Below are positions 1 to 11,678 of a DNA stretch of 60,708 nucleotides, one piece after another. The stretch covers positions 186,001 to 246,708 of the forward strand of contig QPGO01000123.1 of the NCBI GenBank assembly GCA_008632985.1, read 5' to 3'. A model generated the notes under the pieces. It was given only the letters and a program-made list of their open reading frames with translations. It was not told the DNA's origin and searched no databases. The stretch is from Psammoneis japonica. Its lineage: Eukaryota. The position numbers and the translations under genes were made by a program. Every line of letters starts with the position of its first letter. The first letter of the stretch is position 1.

Positions 1-3000
1 ATGGCGCCTCCAAGGGAACGAGGGGGTGCCATGTGACGTCGCCCACCCAAAACTCTCCATCAACAGCATTCAGCTGAAAGCCAGTGCAATTGGGTTGTTG
101 GTGCACACGTGTTGGAAAACAATGACAACCTTGAAAGAAAGGGGGTCACAAAAGCAAGCCATCATCTCTCAGCAGCGGCCACGCAAAAAACATTAAAACA
201 GCAAGCTCAAGCTCATGGAAAGCTCATGCTGCTGCAGAGCCAATGACAAAAACAATGGCTTCATCACAGCACAAGCCAACAAAGGGTGCTGTCTGCCAGC
301 ACGGGTTTGTTGCCAGCTTTTGAAGAGCTGCTCCTGCACACAGCCCTGTGGCAAAAAAAACAAGTCACAAAACAGCAGCGCCAGAGTGATCTCAGCATGG
401 CACTGTGCCACATTGAAATGATGTTGCAAGCTTTGGAGTTGTTGGCACCAGGGAAGGTGGCACATGAGTTGTCAGCATTGGAGCAGCAGCATGGCAGGCA
501 GGTGGCAGGTGGTGCATCAGTGCATCAGCAGGTGGCATTTGAGTGCAGCGGGTGGCACCTCAGCTTGTGGCGGCATTTGGAGCAGTCTTTGTTGGAGCAG
601 CTGGCCAAAAGGTTTTTTGCAGTGAGGTGACAAGCTCCACTTCTTTGTCATCAACCATGCTCACCTCACTGGCAATGAGAAAGCTGTCTGAGCACTCATC
701 CACTGCTGGCAGGGATGTGCTCCAGGCAGCCCAGGGTGGAGCTCTCTCTGATGTGGGTCTGCAGAGAGCTCTGTGTGTGAGCTCTGCAGTTCACACACTG
801 GGCAATGAATGTGTTTGTTTTCAAAATTTGAACAAACAACCACTCAACATTTTGGTGACATTTGTGCATGCTGGCGCACCCTGCAGACACATCAAAGAGC
901 TGCTTCATGCAAAAACTGTGCAAAAAGTTGTTGAATGGATTGCCCAACAACTGTGCTACAAACTGACACAAAATGCCACCAAAGTCATGCAAAAAAATGC
1001 ATGTGCACAATGCACAACCTGTGGTGCACATGAAACAAAAACTCAAACTTGATTTCACTCAGTGGAGTCGCACCTTTGCCCAGCAACAGTGGCGCTGGCT
1101 GGCCCACACTTCCGCACACCCTCCTGGGGGTGAAGCAGAAGCTCATGCAGTCAGCCGGTCAATGTGCCACTTTGCAGGGATGCACACCAGAGACCACTGG
1201 TTGAGATGAAGCTCTGCACAAGAATGAGGACATTGCTTTCTTTTGGAGAGAACACAAGCACCCAAACTGCCACAGCAAAGGATGGTCACGTTGTTTAGAA
1301 GAGGATTCAAAGTTGGCACAAACTCTGAGAAAAAAACCTTGCTTCCAAGGATGGGTCTTGTCTTTAACAAAGACTGGCCAAGTTCCACATTTGCATGTGA
1401 TGGAGCAAAAGCAAACAGCTCACTGCTTGCTGGCAAGTGTGGAAGAGGGGCCATTCAGGACTTCATGCAGGTGTTTGAAACAGGGAGCCTTGGCAACATG
1501 ATGAGAAGGATGTTGGAAGAAACATTGCTCTCACACAGAATTGACAGCAAATCTTGCACAGAAATGCTGATCCTTGCAGCAAATGGATGATTGTCCAGTG
1601 GCGCCAATGGTTTGTCCAAACAAACACACACAAGCACCACAGCAGGGACAGTGCTTTCACCACATGAAGTGAAGAAATTGAGCAGCCAGCAGGAGAAAAG
1701 GAAATTGTTGAGGGCTGATGGGTGTGGATGGAAGTTCATTGCATGGGAAACATTGTGGTTGTCAGTTGGTGTTTCTGAAGTGTGCAGAATTTGCACCAGA
1801 TCCTGCACAGAAAATGCGCCCAATCTGCAAAAAATTGCCAAATGAGTTGACAAGCATGCAAACCACAAGACATCAATGCCAGTCATTTTCCATTGGAAAG
1901 TGCTGCATTTCATCCTGAAATGAGGGGGCACCAATGTCAGAAGTGGCCAAAAGGGTTTCAGGGGACCCAGTGAAACACCATCTGAGAACACATGCAGGGG
2001 CTGTGAGTGGGCAGCTCATGTCAGGAAATGTGTGGTGCATGACCAAAACAATGCCAATGTCACAACCCAGCAGTGTGAGGCCCCACTCAGAGCTGGAGAC
2101 TGTGTGTTTTGGGACATGCAGATGTCATTTGCCGGGACAAGCTTCTGTGCCTTCTTGCATCCCATCCCTTGGTGGTGACACATGCAGTGCAGCAGGTCAA
2201 ACAATTTTTTGGCACAGCACATTTCAAAAAAAATCCTCTTCTCACCTTTTGCTTGCCATTTTTTTCACTTTGTGAAGGTTGATGTGGAAAGTGCAGTTGG
2301 GCCTGCATTTGCTGGGAGGAGGTTTGCCCATGAAGAAAGGAAGGAGGCTGAAGCTGCCTCTGTTGGGGTGGCAACTTTGCATCAGCAGCAGCACAACCCA
2401 CATTGGGGACATCTCTTCCAGCTGGCATTGAGTTGTTGTCATCAAAGCCATAAAAATCATTGCTGGTTGGACATGCAACATCATCTTGAAGAATTGACAA
2501 GTTTGCATGACAAAGCTGCTGGCAAGCCAGTGCCAGCCGGTGTGCAGTGTGACATTGAAGGGACACCGCCAGGCATCCCTTTTGCATTTGACGCTTTTGA
2601 TTTGCACAGATCACATGCTTTCTTTTGAAACAGTGGCTTCTTGGTCTTTGCTGTGAGTGCATTGTGTGAAGATGCACCAGCTTTGCAAGTTCTTTCTTGG
2701 ACTGCTTTTGGCCTTGGGCCAGCACAGCACTGTGGACACAATTCCAAAAAAAAATCCAGTGGAGCAACTCCAGTGAAAAAAACAAATCCATGGCTCCACA
2801 TCAATGTGAAATGGAATCATTGTTTCCATCAGCAAAGCACAGAATGAGTCTTGCTTCTTGTGGCTCCAGTGGGTGATGGAGAACTCATGTCACTTGATCA
2901 TTGATCAGAGTGCTTGACTTCTGCAACCGGACAGAAGTGTCATTCTTCAAAAACTGCCATGTTGAAATGGAGTGCACAGAGAGATGCGATCTCTTTTGCA

Positions 3001-3430
3001 TTTTCCTTTTCCAAACTGGAGAGTGTGCAGTCAACCAAGTGCACAGTGCATTTCATCCCTTTGCCCCACAGTGTGGCACCTTGGCAGTGTCAATGAGAAG
3101 ATCATCACAACTCTCATTGGCCACCTTGCACCACTCCTGATCAATTCCAGTGGGCAACGGAGATCCCGCATCATTTGATCATTGATCAGAATGTTTGTCA
3201 TGTGCAGTGGGGTGGAAACATCCTCATTCAAACTGCCAGAATCAAGAAAAGACATGGTGATGCAATCTCTTGCACTTTCCTTTTCCAGATTGCAGACTGC
3301 GCAATCAATCACACATCCACCGCATTCCGTCCATTTTGCCCGGCGGTGGCACCTCTGCACAATCAACAAGAAGATTGTTGCAATTGTCAACGGCCACCTT
3401 CATGCCCCTCCTCCAACCACTGTTTCTTGA
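1..3430. other. Degenerate CpG/TpA-depleted block (unidentified decayed sequence)
   Basis: CG and TA are rare and TG/CA abundant; only short His/Cys-rich, Tyr-poor ORFs; composition returns to normal at ~3450-3550. Confidence 0.8.
2893..3400. repeat. Diverged tandem duplication, ~280 bp period
   Basis: ttgatcattgatcaga...gatgc(g/a)atctctt...ttccttttcca...gtggcacc occurs from ~2895 and again from ~3175. Confidence 0.7.
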
Positions 3431-3629
3431 GCATGATGACTCCAATGAAATCATCTGATTTTACAGCGGGCCTGAGTTTGGCTGCTCGCTCCCTTTCCGG
3501 CTGAGAATGTGATGCACACGCTGATTCACCTCGTCCAGGCCCAATGCTGTACGGCAGTAGAAGTTCGTTGGACAATTAAGCTGTCTCGACAATTAAGTAC
3601 ATTAGCAAGAGAGTGATATATCATAATAT

Positions 3630-4988
3630 CTAGTGTCTCTGCAAGAATGAATGCTTTAGCAGCGTTTTGTAATGCGGGCGATCTCGTGGGGATATCTTTA
3701 GCATGGATTTCAAAAAGTCAACAGCTTGCGCCTTTTCCTCTTTGCTTACTCGGTCATTGTCGAGTCTCGGGAAAACTGTCTCTTCGCAATTCATCAAGAA
3801 TGGCTTGAATTCTCGCTTTTCAATGTCAGATCGATCCAGGTCTACAAGATCTGCAAGGTCAAACTCTCCATCGTCGGCGTGACTGCTTACAGGAATCATG
3901 ACATTGCCTCCAATGTGTTCAAGCGTAGCTCGCATTCTATCGTAGTGTACTGGGGGATCTTGCTTGAATGACGACCCGTCGTCCCATGAACAAGGGAAAT
4001 ATATTAAGCGAGCAAACAGAATGCCAATTGACCAGACGTCATATTGCCAAAGATTAGCGTATCGCAGCTTGACTTTTTTTCCATTCATGACCACGTGCTC
4101 AATCCAGGCTTCGGGTGGGACAATGCCAAAGTTGACGTCGATAGCATAGAAATCTTCATCCACAGTTTGGCCTGAATTCCAGTCAACAAGGAGGGCACCG
4201 CCATCGCTCTTGTCATAAACAACGTTGGTTCTGACAAGCAAATCGCAATTGTTGAGACCAAGACCAATTGCGTAGTCCATTTGACTTAGAAGACTTCTCA
4301 TAAACGTGCGAATTTGATGCAAGCTTCCCATGTATTCATCCTTGGTAACCCAGTCTGAAACAAAGTCAAGATGCGGCACGATGTGAACCACCAGTCGATC
4401 TTCTTTGGCAAGACGCGTGGCTTGTTTTGTTGGCATGGAATTCCAAAACGTTCGAATCTTGTGTCTGCCACTTACAATGTTCTCTGTTGCGTTCAGTCCA
4501 AGAAAGGGATTTGTCACATTCCTGTCAGCAAACACCAGCTCCATTATTTTGTGCGTTCGTGCTGCCTCCTTATCTGCATTCAAACGTTCCATTGCATCAA
4601 GTTCGTACGTTGCATATCTCATATACCATGCAAGTTTGAGTAGCATTCTTGACGGTTCTCTTTCTTCTTGCTCCCACCACCACTTTGGAAGAGTTACATC
4701 ACAAACTAAGTTGACACCACCACGCGCGTAGTATTTACCAAGCACCAAGTCATCAAACTTCAATTCTCTTTTGCTTCTTGGTGCTTCTAGTGGCAACTTT
4801 TGAATCATTTCCTTTTGATACGGAAGATTGGATGCATCCATTGTGGTATTTCTGAGTAATAAAAATTGTGTCAGTTGTGAAAATATCCAGGCAACAGCCA
4901 AGAGCGTGAGATAACGACCGATTTTGGCACCAAAGAGACGGCTCTTCCTTTTCGCTGACGACGCCATGGTTTGTGCAAGCTTCGCCAT
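3630..4988 (-). CDS. Divergent Ser/Thr protein kinase-like protein with N-terminal signal anchor (452 aa)
   Basis: Intact ORF; hydrophobic YLTLLAVAWIFSQLTQFLLL; kinase motifs ARGGVNLV (G-loop), LLKL, NCDLLVRTN (HRD..N equivalent), VDWNSG (DFG equivalent), PPE, YDVWSIG, AVDFLKSMLKISPRDRP..LKHSFL. Confidence 0.8.
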   Translation of the reverse strand: MAKLAQTMASSAKRKSRLFGAKIGRYLTLLAVAWIFSQLTQFLLLRNTTMDASNLPYQKEMIQKLPLEAPRSKRELKFDDLVLGKYYARGGVNLVCDVTLPKWWWEQEEREPSRMLLKLAWYMRYATYELDAMERLNADKEAARTHKIMELVFADRNVTNPFLGLNATENIVSGRHKIRTFWNSMPTKQATRLAKEDRLVVHIVPHLDFVSDWVTKDEYMGSLHQIRTFMRSLLSQMDYAIGLGLNNCDLLVRTNVVYDKSDGGALLVDWNSGQTVDEDFYAIDVNFGIVPPEAWIEHVVMNGKKVKLRYANLWQYDVWSIGILFARLIYFPCSWDDGSSFKQDPPVHYDRMRATLEHIGGNVMIPVSSHADDGEFDLADLVDLDRSDIEKREFKPFLMNCEETVFPRLDNDRVSKEEKAQAVDFLKSMLKISPRDRPHYKTLLKHSFLQRH

Positions 4989-5273
4989 TGTGGAACGCCG
5001 AAAATCAAAATGCAGATTTTTTTTTTGCTAAAGCGATCGACCGTCAATCCATCGTACGTTGAGACAAAAAGGCAAGAATATGGAGAAATTGGCATCCGAA
5101 ATCTGTCTGAAACAAAGAAAAAGCGAGGAAAATGTTTGGAAACGCCAAAACCAAGGAGAAGACCGTTGGGACGTGCCGTTGGCGATTCAACGGACGTCAC
5201 TGCAGTCTTTGTATGCTAAATATCTCGAGATCGGTCGCCGGCAGAGTTTTTGAAACTCAGGAACGCCGGCCCA

Positions 5274-5664
5274 NNNNNNNNNNNNNNNNNNNNNNNNNNN
5301 NNNNNNNNNNNNNNNNNNNNNNNNNNNNNNNNNNNNNNNNNNNNNNNNNNNNNNNNNNNNNNNNNNNNNNNNNNNNNNNNNNNNNNNNNNNNNNNNNNNN
5401 NNNNNNNNNNNNNNNNNNNNNNNNNNNNNNNNNNNNNNNNNNNNNNNNNNNNNNNNNNNNNNNNNNNNNNNNNNNNNNNNNNNNNNNNNNNNNNNNNNNN
5501 NNNNNNNNNNNNNNNNNNNNNNNNNNNNNNNNNNNNNNNNNNNNNNNNNNNNNNNNNNNNNNNNNNNNNNNNNNNNNNNNNNNNNNNNNNNNNNNNNNNN
5601 NNNNNNNNNNNNNNNNNNNNNNNNNNNNNNNNNNNNNNNNNNNNNNNNNNNNNNNNNNNNNNNN
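5274..5664. other. Assembly gap (N run)
   Basis: Run of N. Confidence 1.
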
Positions 5665-5672
5665 GCCAGTGA

Positions 5673-6613
5673 CGATTCAGCAAGTCGCATGAAACCGAAA
5701 GTCGAAGATACAGGGCAAGAAATTGCGCGCTGGCGATTTTCACCCTGTGCGCGTTAACGGTTGGAATAATGGCAGGTAAAGCCGGTTCATATCGAGAAAA
5801 AGGGTCTTTGGAAGTGCATCCGGCGGTGGACTCAAATTTCGATTCAGAGAGTGACCTATTGAATGTGGGCAAAGGTGGCAGCTGCAAGAAGCAACCAGAT
5901 ACAAAAATAGGCAACACCACAGACGGCGATTTGAACGGCACACAGAATGGCGGTAAGGCAGAAGACTGGGAGAGTTTTAATGCCTTGCAGCTCTACGACT
6001 ACCTTGAATGTGTCTATTATTCAGAATACGAGGTGGAGTTTCCAATTCGCAGTCAGGAGACCTATCAATTAATGCGAGCCACATTTCACAATGTAGTTGG
6101 ACCAGAAAATCTACAATCGGTCTACCCTTGGATGGTTCCAATGGATTCAAATACCCATACGTCGTCAAACAAAGCCCTGGTAAAGGCCGAGGAATCTTCG
6201 CTGCTGCAGATATTCCCAAAGGAGACCTGGTTTGGTCCAACGATAGAACCGCCATATTTCCAAATTCTTGGTATTACCGAAAGTTTTTGCTATCGTTACC
6301 TCCAAGCATTGCCTGTGACTGCATGCAGTGGACTTATATCTACGATCTATACGGCTTGGGTAAGGACAACAAGAAAATCATGATTGATCTCGATGAAGGA
6401 GCACTGTGCAATGACGGCGAAGCTGACGACGGTAGCGACATTACCAACATCGGTTGGGATAGAGATTTTGCCAGAACTGCTGATTCAGGAAACGGAATGC
6501 ACCTTTTAGCTCTTCGGGATATCAAAGCCGGAGAAGAGTTCCTTTGTGACTACACGCAGTTTACATCTGAAGGCGAGGTGGACTGGGCAAATCATGATCT
6601 CAGCTGGGTTTGA
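5673..6613 (+). CDS. SET-domain protein with N-terminal hydrophobic segment; apparent 1-bp frameshift at ~6105-6110 (pseudogene or assembly error); true start uncertain
   Basis: Frame 1 (CALAIFTLCALTVGIMAG...RATFHNVVGPE) continues into frame 2 (STIG...YVVKQSPGKGRGIFAAADIPKGDLVW...ALCNDG...ALRDIKAGEEFLCDY), which carries SET motifs. Confidence 0.7.
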
Positions 6614-6849
6614 CGCGAAAAAAAAGATGCCTTGTAGCAATGATGATGACATTGACGACATCGACGACGACAGCTCCGCAGCTACCAGATGTTATTCAAT
6701 GGCAACACCGAACCTTTACACAAGAGATGGATCAACAGATTATCATGAGCTAGCGCCATAATTCATAATATTGTAGTTCAGTTCCAAGGGTGAGGAACAA
6801 GAATTTGCGGCAGATGCAATGCGTTTTGCTTTAATTAAGTCGTGTAGAT

Positions 6850-8200
6850 GTCCCAAGTTTCCAGTGCCTTTTTTGAATGATGTTGCCCCTGTGCCCGCCT
6901 TTGTTCCTGCTGTGTTCTTGATGGGTGTTAGCACAGTGGCGTGGGAACAGCAAGCAACTGGGACCAGTTTTGGCCCATCCCTTGCTGACAGTGTTGTGAA
7001 ATTGCAGTCATGACTTGTTGGATGACAGAAATGGTTTGGGGTGTGTGTGAGATTTGCTGTTTTTGTGAGCTCAGTTTTGTTTCTCCATGTGTTTTGCTGG
7101 GTGCTGAGTCAGAGTTTTCACTTTCCATGGTTGTTGCAACATGATGGTGCAGTCCATGATTGACTGCTCTGTGATTGCTTGTCTTGTCCCAGCACGTGCT
7201 TGCAGAGCTTGCCAATGCACCAAAACCTTGGGTGCATCTTTTGCTGCACACCAAGGTTGCCAGATTCTGTGCATTGGCAGGCACCACCAGTTGCAGTGGC
7301 CGTGCTTTTGTTGTCAGTCATGCCCCACTTTGCCAAAACATTGAACATGGCTTCATGACTAGAAATTCACAGATTGGTTGACGTTGCCCATCAGATTGGG
7401 AGAGCAAATGCTCTTTAAAACAAAATGAGCCTTTGGTGTTTTGCACTTCCACAGTTTGGCAAGCCAAGCCAAGCAGCCAGGATTTGGTCAACAAGAGAGA
7501 ACGTTTGAGACTCTGAGACAGCAACCTCGTTCATGCACCAACTGCATTTTTGCTCAAATCACCCATGGAAAAACTGACACAATGGCGTCATTTGGCTCTG
7601 CCAGAAGGGCTTGAGCCAACAATGGTGTGGCACCACAATCCTGCTGTGTCTTTGCCATGCTGCACCAAATGTCGGCAAAATTTGTCAAGGGCTCTTGGCT
7701 GTTGCCTGTCTCCTCTGCACACTTTCTTCACTGAGGTTGGGTGATGTTCATTTGTGGCCACAGATGTGCAACCTCAGCAAAGGTGACTCCATCTGCACAC
7801 CAGCGTTGCTGGTGTGGTGATGCTTGTTGGAGGCTTGACGCTGCGCACTGCCACACACATGGTGGTTGGAGCCTTTGCGCCAGAGTGTCTCTTGTCTTTG
7901 TTTGAGGCTTGGCAATGCCATCACAAATGGGGTTGGAGATTTTGCACTGCTGTCACTTGTGGCAGTTGGAGCCTTTGTGCCAGTGCACTTGTGGCAGCAG
8001 GTTTGAAGCTTTTGCACCCCGTTGGGTGGGGGCACCACGAACTTGTTGGTGGTGGCCGGGGTGGTTGGAGCTTTTGCACTGCTGTCACTTGTGGTGCTGG
8101 TTGGAGCCTTTGTGCTGGTGTCATGCATGGTGGTTGGAGGCTCCTTTCTAACATGAAAAATGACAAACAATTCCTCCTTAGATTGTCACACGGAGGCAGT
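6850..8200. other. Degenerate CpG/TpA-depleted block
   Basis: Abrupt loss of TA/CG after ~6850, recovered by ~8250. Confidence 0.75.
7860..8145 (-). pseudogene. Decayed S/T-rich 'TKAPT..SDSSAKAPT' repeat coding region, resembling diatom secreted-protein linkers
   Basis: Repeated ggttggagc(c)ttt(g/t)gc and ttttgcactgctgtcacttgtgg units; minus frame reads DTSTKAPTSTTSDSSAKAPTT...GTKAPTATSDSSAKSPTP. Confidence 0.5.
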
Positions 8201-8389
8201 CCCTCTGAGCTTGAAGTCTGTCTTTCATTCCGTGATTGTGAGAAGACCGTGCGGGGAGACAAAACGACGCACGATGACACACAAGTCATTACGCACTGTA
8301 TTTCACAACTTCGTCGAGGGAGAAGCAACAGCAAGTTTGATCGTCTTTGTGTGTGTTGAACTATATTTTCAAAAACAAGACACATCATC

Positions 8390-9280
8390 ATGAGTGAAGA
8401 CTCTCCGATATCCCCTCGTCAGGCCATGGCAAAACAGTCTTCGTTTGCACGTTCCTTTTTCAGTTCCGAAGCAGCGGCAAACCCTCCCGTCTTTGATGGT
8501 AACGACGATGACGACGACGATTACCGTCCCGACAGTCGTCGTTCTTCCCGCCCAAAGTCGAGTAGTAGCAGTAGACGCAGCAAGAAACCTGCAGTCAATA
8601 CGGAAAACCTTGCCATGGCTGCCGCAAGAGATACTACTACCCACAACAAGAAACCAGCTGCAGCAGCAGCAGCTGCGCTCAAGTCGGATTCCACCGCTGA
8701 AGATTCCTGGTATACCGGTGGCAATGATCATCTCTTGCAGGATGCTCCACCGGGTGGAGACAAGACGGCGGATGAAAGTTGGAACGATGATGAAGTATTG
8801 GAACAATACAGGCTCATGGCACAACACGAAGCCACCGCACGTGTTTTGGAAAACACGGGCTTTGATGCACGGGAATACGAACGCCGTCGCAAGCTCGAAC
8901 AACAGCCCGAACCCAAAAAGGACGGTAGTAGTAGTCTGTATGGTGCGAGCCGCAAACCGCGACAGAAATTGCCGGAACCACGAAAGATTGTCACGTCCAG
9001 CAGTGACATGTCTGGCATCAAACCCGTGGAGGCTCCCAAACCGCCTCCGCTCAAGCATACGCGTTTGATTGAACAAAAGGTGGAGCGTGTGCCCGAACTA
9101 TGTCCTGGACAAGCCATTACGGGGAGTGCGTCCGGACAAGTGTTTTCCGCGGATGAAATTGTGGTGAAATGCTTGGGGTCGTGCGACAAGCAGTTGCGTG
9201 TGCATCGGTATGCCACTCTGGTGAGTTGTCCGGTTTGTCACACGGTAAGTCCAGCCACGGCTATTCGTGCGGGAAGTTAA
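8390..9280 (+). CDS. Hypothetical protein, largely disordered, with C-terminal Zn-ribbon (CLGSC...CPVC), 296 aa
   Basis: Intact ORF in sequence of normal composition; paired Cys motifs at the C-terminus. Confidence 0.75.
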   Translation: MSEDSPISPRQAMAKQSSFARSFFSSEAAANPPVFDGNDDDDDDYRPDSRRSSRPKSSSSSRRSKKPAVNTENLAMAAARDTTTHNKKPAAAAAAALKSDSTAEDSWYTGGNDHLLQDAPPGGDKTADESWNDDEVLEQYRLMAQHEATARVLENTGFDAREYERRRKLEQQPEPKKDGSSSLYGASRKPRQKLPEPRKIVTSSSDMSGIKPVEAPKPPPLKHTRLIEQKVERVPELCPGQAITGSASGQVFSADEIVVKCLGSCDKQLRVHRYATLVSCPVCHTVSPATAIRAGS

Positions 9281-9424
9281 ATGTGCTGTGAAACAATGTA
9301 CTGGCAGAAAATATCCTAAGGCTGGAGAACAAGAACGGATTGCACAAGAAGATTTATACAATGTTAGCCTGAAACTAAGTAAAGTTTGTTTATGCCTACC
9401 CCTCTGCGAGAAAAACTCTCCGAC

Positions 9425-9883
9425 TTAGTTCATTTTATCCAATGGCCTATTGAAACCACCTTTACGATTCATGTATTGCCGGTATTTGCGTGCCTTGTTT
9501 TTCGCCGTCGCTCCCCGTGCCGCCGAGCTCGCGTTATCCTCGACGGCTTGTCCCTTTGTGGATGCAAAATCACCAAATCCCAGCAACCGTTGCATTTGTT
9601 CTTGTTCGTCCAATCCCTCCAATTCTTCCTCGTTCACAGTTACAAATTCTTCCTTGGGTTTGGGGCGTAATTTTTCTTTTTCTTTCATTTCGTTGGGTTC
9701 TTCCAATTGGCGTTCTTCGAGTTCATTTTCAGCACGCAATCGTGCCATGCGCTCGCGGCGTTCTTGCTCGAGTCGTTCGCGGCTTGCAGCAGGACTCTGT
9801 GACCGAGTCCGTTTTTTGTTTCGGGTAGTTTTTTCGGTTGCAACAACGCCATGGTGCCTGTCATCTTTGTTGCGGTCCGACAT
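9425..9883 (-). CDS. SNRNP27: U4/U6.U5 tri-snRNP 27 kDa protein
   Basis: R/S/E-rich N-terminus and signature LLGFGDFASTKG...RKYRQYMNRKGGFNRPLD. Confidence 0.93.
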   Translation of the reverse strand: MSDRNKDDRHHGVVATEKTTRNKKRTRSQSPAASRERLEQERRERMARLRAENELEERQLEEPNEMKEKEKLRPKPKEEFVTVNEEELEGLDEQEQMQRLLGFGDFASTKGQAVEDNASSAARGATAKNKARKYRQYMNRKGGFNRPLDKMN

Positions 9884-10205
9884 GGCTTTGCTGCTTCTTC
9901 TTCTTCTTCTTTTGTTTTATATTACAGTGTGTATTATTGTTGCGTGTTGTCTGTTGCGCTGGCTGTAGTATGTTGTGTTGGTGCTTTTCTTTTTCGGTTT
10001 TGGCCTTGTGTGCTTCCCGGCCTGAGTGTGATGGATGGACAGACATTGGAACGAAAATCTGACCTCACATTCTTTTGCGCGTTTTTTTCACACAAACGAG
10101 AAAATTCTTCAGAAATTTTACTCATTACAATTAATTGTTGCATTGACTGTAATATTGCTATTGATGTAGAGTTTGAGCCTTGATAGGTTTTTTTTCTTGT
10201 TGGTC

Positions 10206-11678
10206 ATGAGAGTTCTCGCAAGATCCTCCGTGTTTTCATCATCACTTGCTCCATGCGGCAAAAAACGACGACACTACTTGAGTGTCTATGCCATGGGTGA
10301 AGGGTGGACGGGAGCATTGGGAACGGGGGACTTGGATTCCAACATTGATGGTCACGACGATCAAGAGGAGGCGTCTCAAATACCACCGCCGCTGGTATTC
10401 GAGGGCAAAACAAGAGCTCTTGCGACCGGTTGGGGTCACACAGCACTCATTACTGAAAACGAAAACAAACTCTACGTTTGTGGTCGACCACAAGATTTTC
10501 AAGCTCTCTTGAGATTAAAACGTTTACCGGGCTTTTTACGACAGCATGCCGTCAATCATGCACTGCGAAACTATTTTACTCGAGAACAAGACACGACACT
10601 GGTCGGTCGGGTCTTGTCGTGGATGGTGGGACAAGAACTCGATGGCCAGGACGGTCCGTGGGCGAATGCTCGACAACTTTCCGTCTTGCCCAATTTTACA
10701 CCTATACCACTACCCGACGGGGATGAGCCGTCGTTGAATACAAATCAAAATCGAATTTTAGCGGCGAGTGCCGGTTTGACGGCTGTCATTGGAAAAAGCG
10801 GTACACTTTATACGTTTGGCACCAACACGCGTGGTCAGTGTGGAGTGGGGGAAACGAGCAACAATGTATGGACACCCCAACGTGTGGTGGGACTCAGCAC
10901 ACAATTTGCACACGACGGACGCGACAAGTTAGAACAAGAGTTTCCCATGGTGAGTGTCGCCTTGGGATTGCAGCACGGACTTGCCCTGGATGACCAGGGC
11001 AATTTGTTTGCGTGGGGCAAGGGTGAACGTGGCCAACTGGGGCAAGGACAACAACAAGAGGTGCAAAGCTCGACACATGCCTTGCGTGTCACTCGTTTCC
11101 AACTTCCCAGTAATCTTGATGGATCACGACGACTTGAGGACAATCCCGTTGTCACAAAAATTGCCGCCGGCATGAATCGATCGGCGGCTCTCACAAAAGA
11201 CAATCATGTCTATGTGTGGGGCAAGAATATATTGCCGCCGCCACTTGCCGACAAAAAGAAGGCATCCATGATTTCAGACTCACCCTGGCCACACTTTGTT
11301 GAGGGCCTTCCCAAAAATATGCAAGTATTGGACATTGCCTGTGGCTCACATCACACGGCCATTTTGCTCGAGGACGGCAGTGTCTTTTGCGTTGGCCTTA
11401 CATCCGACACGGCCCAACTCGTGTCGCACGCCATGGAAATTGTTCCACCCGGTGTCGTGGAATTGCCGATTCAACAGTTTGATGCTCACTTTGATCGAAC
11501 CACAATTGTGGGACGAGGTGGCAAACAAGTCTTGCAGGTTCACTTGTGGCAAGATGAGGAGCTACAAGAAGATGGAATCTTTACTCCGCCGTGGGTCGAG
11601 CATATCTTGAAAGATGATGACACGAGAATAAGAGAGATACAGCGTGGATGGTTGCACACGATCGTTGCAACAATGTAG
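10206..11678 (+). CDS. RCC1/BLIP-II repeat protein, possibly mitochondrion-targeted
   Basis: RCC1 repeats (TGWGHT, LYTFGTNTRGQCG, ALGLQHGLAL..LFAWGKGERGQLG, IACGSHHT); ATG at 10206 followed by an R/S-rich presequence-like stretch. Confidence 0.85.
   Translation: MRVLARSSVFSSSLAPCGKKRRHYLSVYAMGEGWTGALGTGDLDSNIDGHDDQEEASQIPPPLVFEGKTRALATGWGHTALITENENKLYVCGRPQDFQALLRLKRLPGFLRQHAVNHALRNYFTREQDTTLVGRVLSWMVGQELDGQDGPWANARQLSVLPNFTPIPLPDGDEPSLNTNQNRILAASAGLTAVIGKSGTLYTFGTNTRGQCGVGETSNNVWTPQRVVGLSTQFAHDGRDKLEQEFPMVSVALGLQHGLALDDQGNLFAWGKGERGQLGQGQQQEVQSSTHALRVTRFQLPSNLDGSRRLEDNPVVTKIAAGMNRSAALTKDNHVYVWGKNILPPPLADKKKASMISDSPWPHFVEGLPKNMQVLDIACGSHHTAILLEDGSVFCVGLTSDTAQLVSHAMEIVPPGVVELPIQQFDAHFDRTTIVGRGGKQVLQVHLWQDEELQEDGIFTPPWVEHILKDDDTRIREIQRGWLHTIVATM

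Noticed and set aside
5132..5941. ORFs spanning the first gap
   Set aside because: Open only because of Ns
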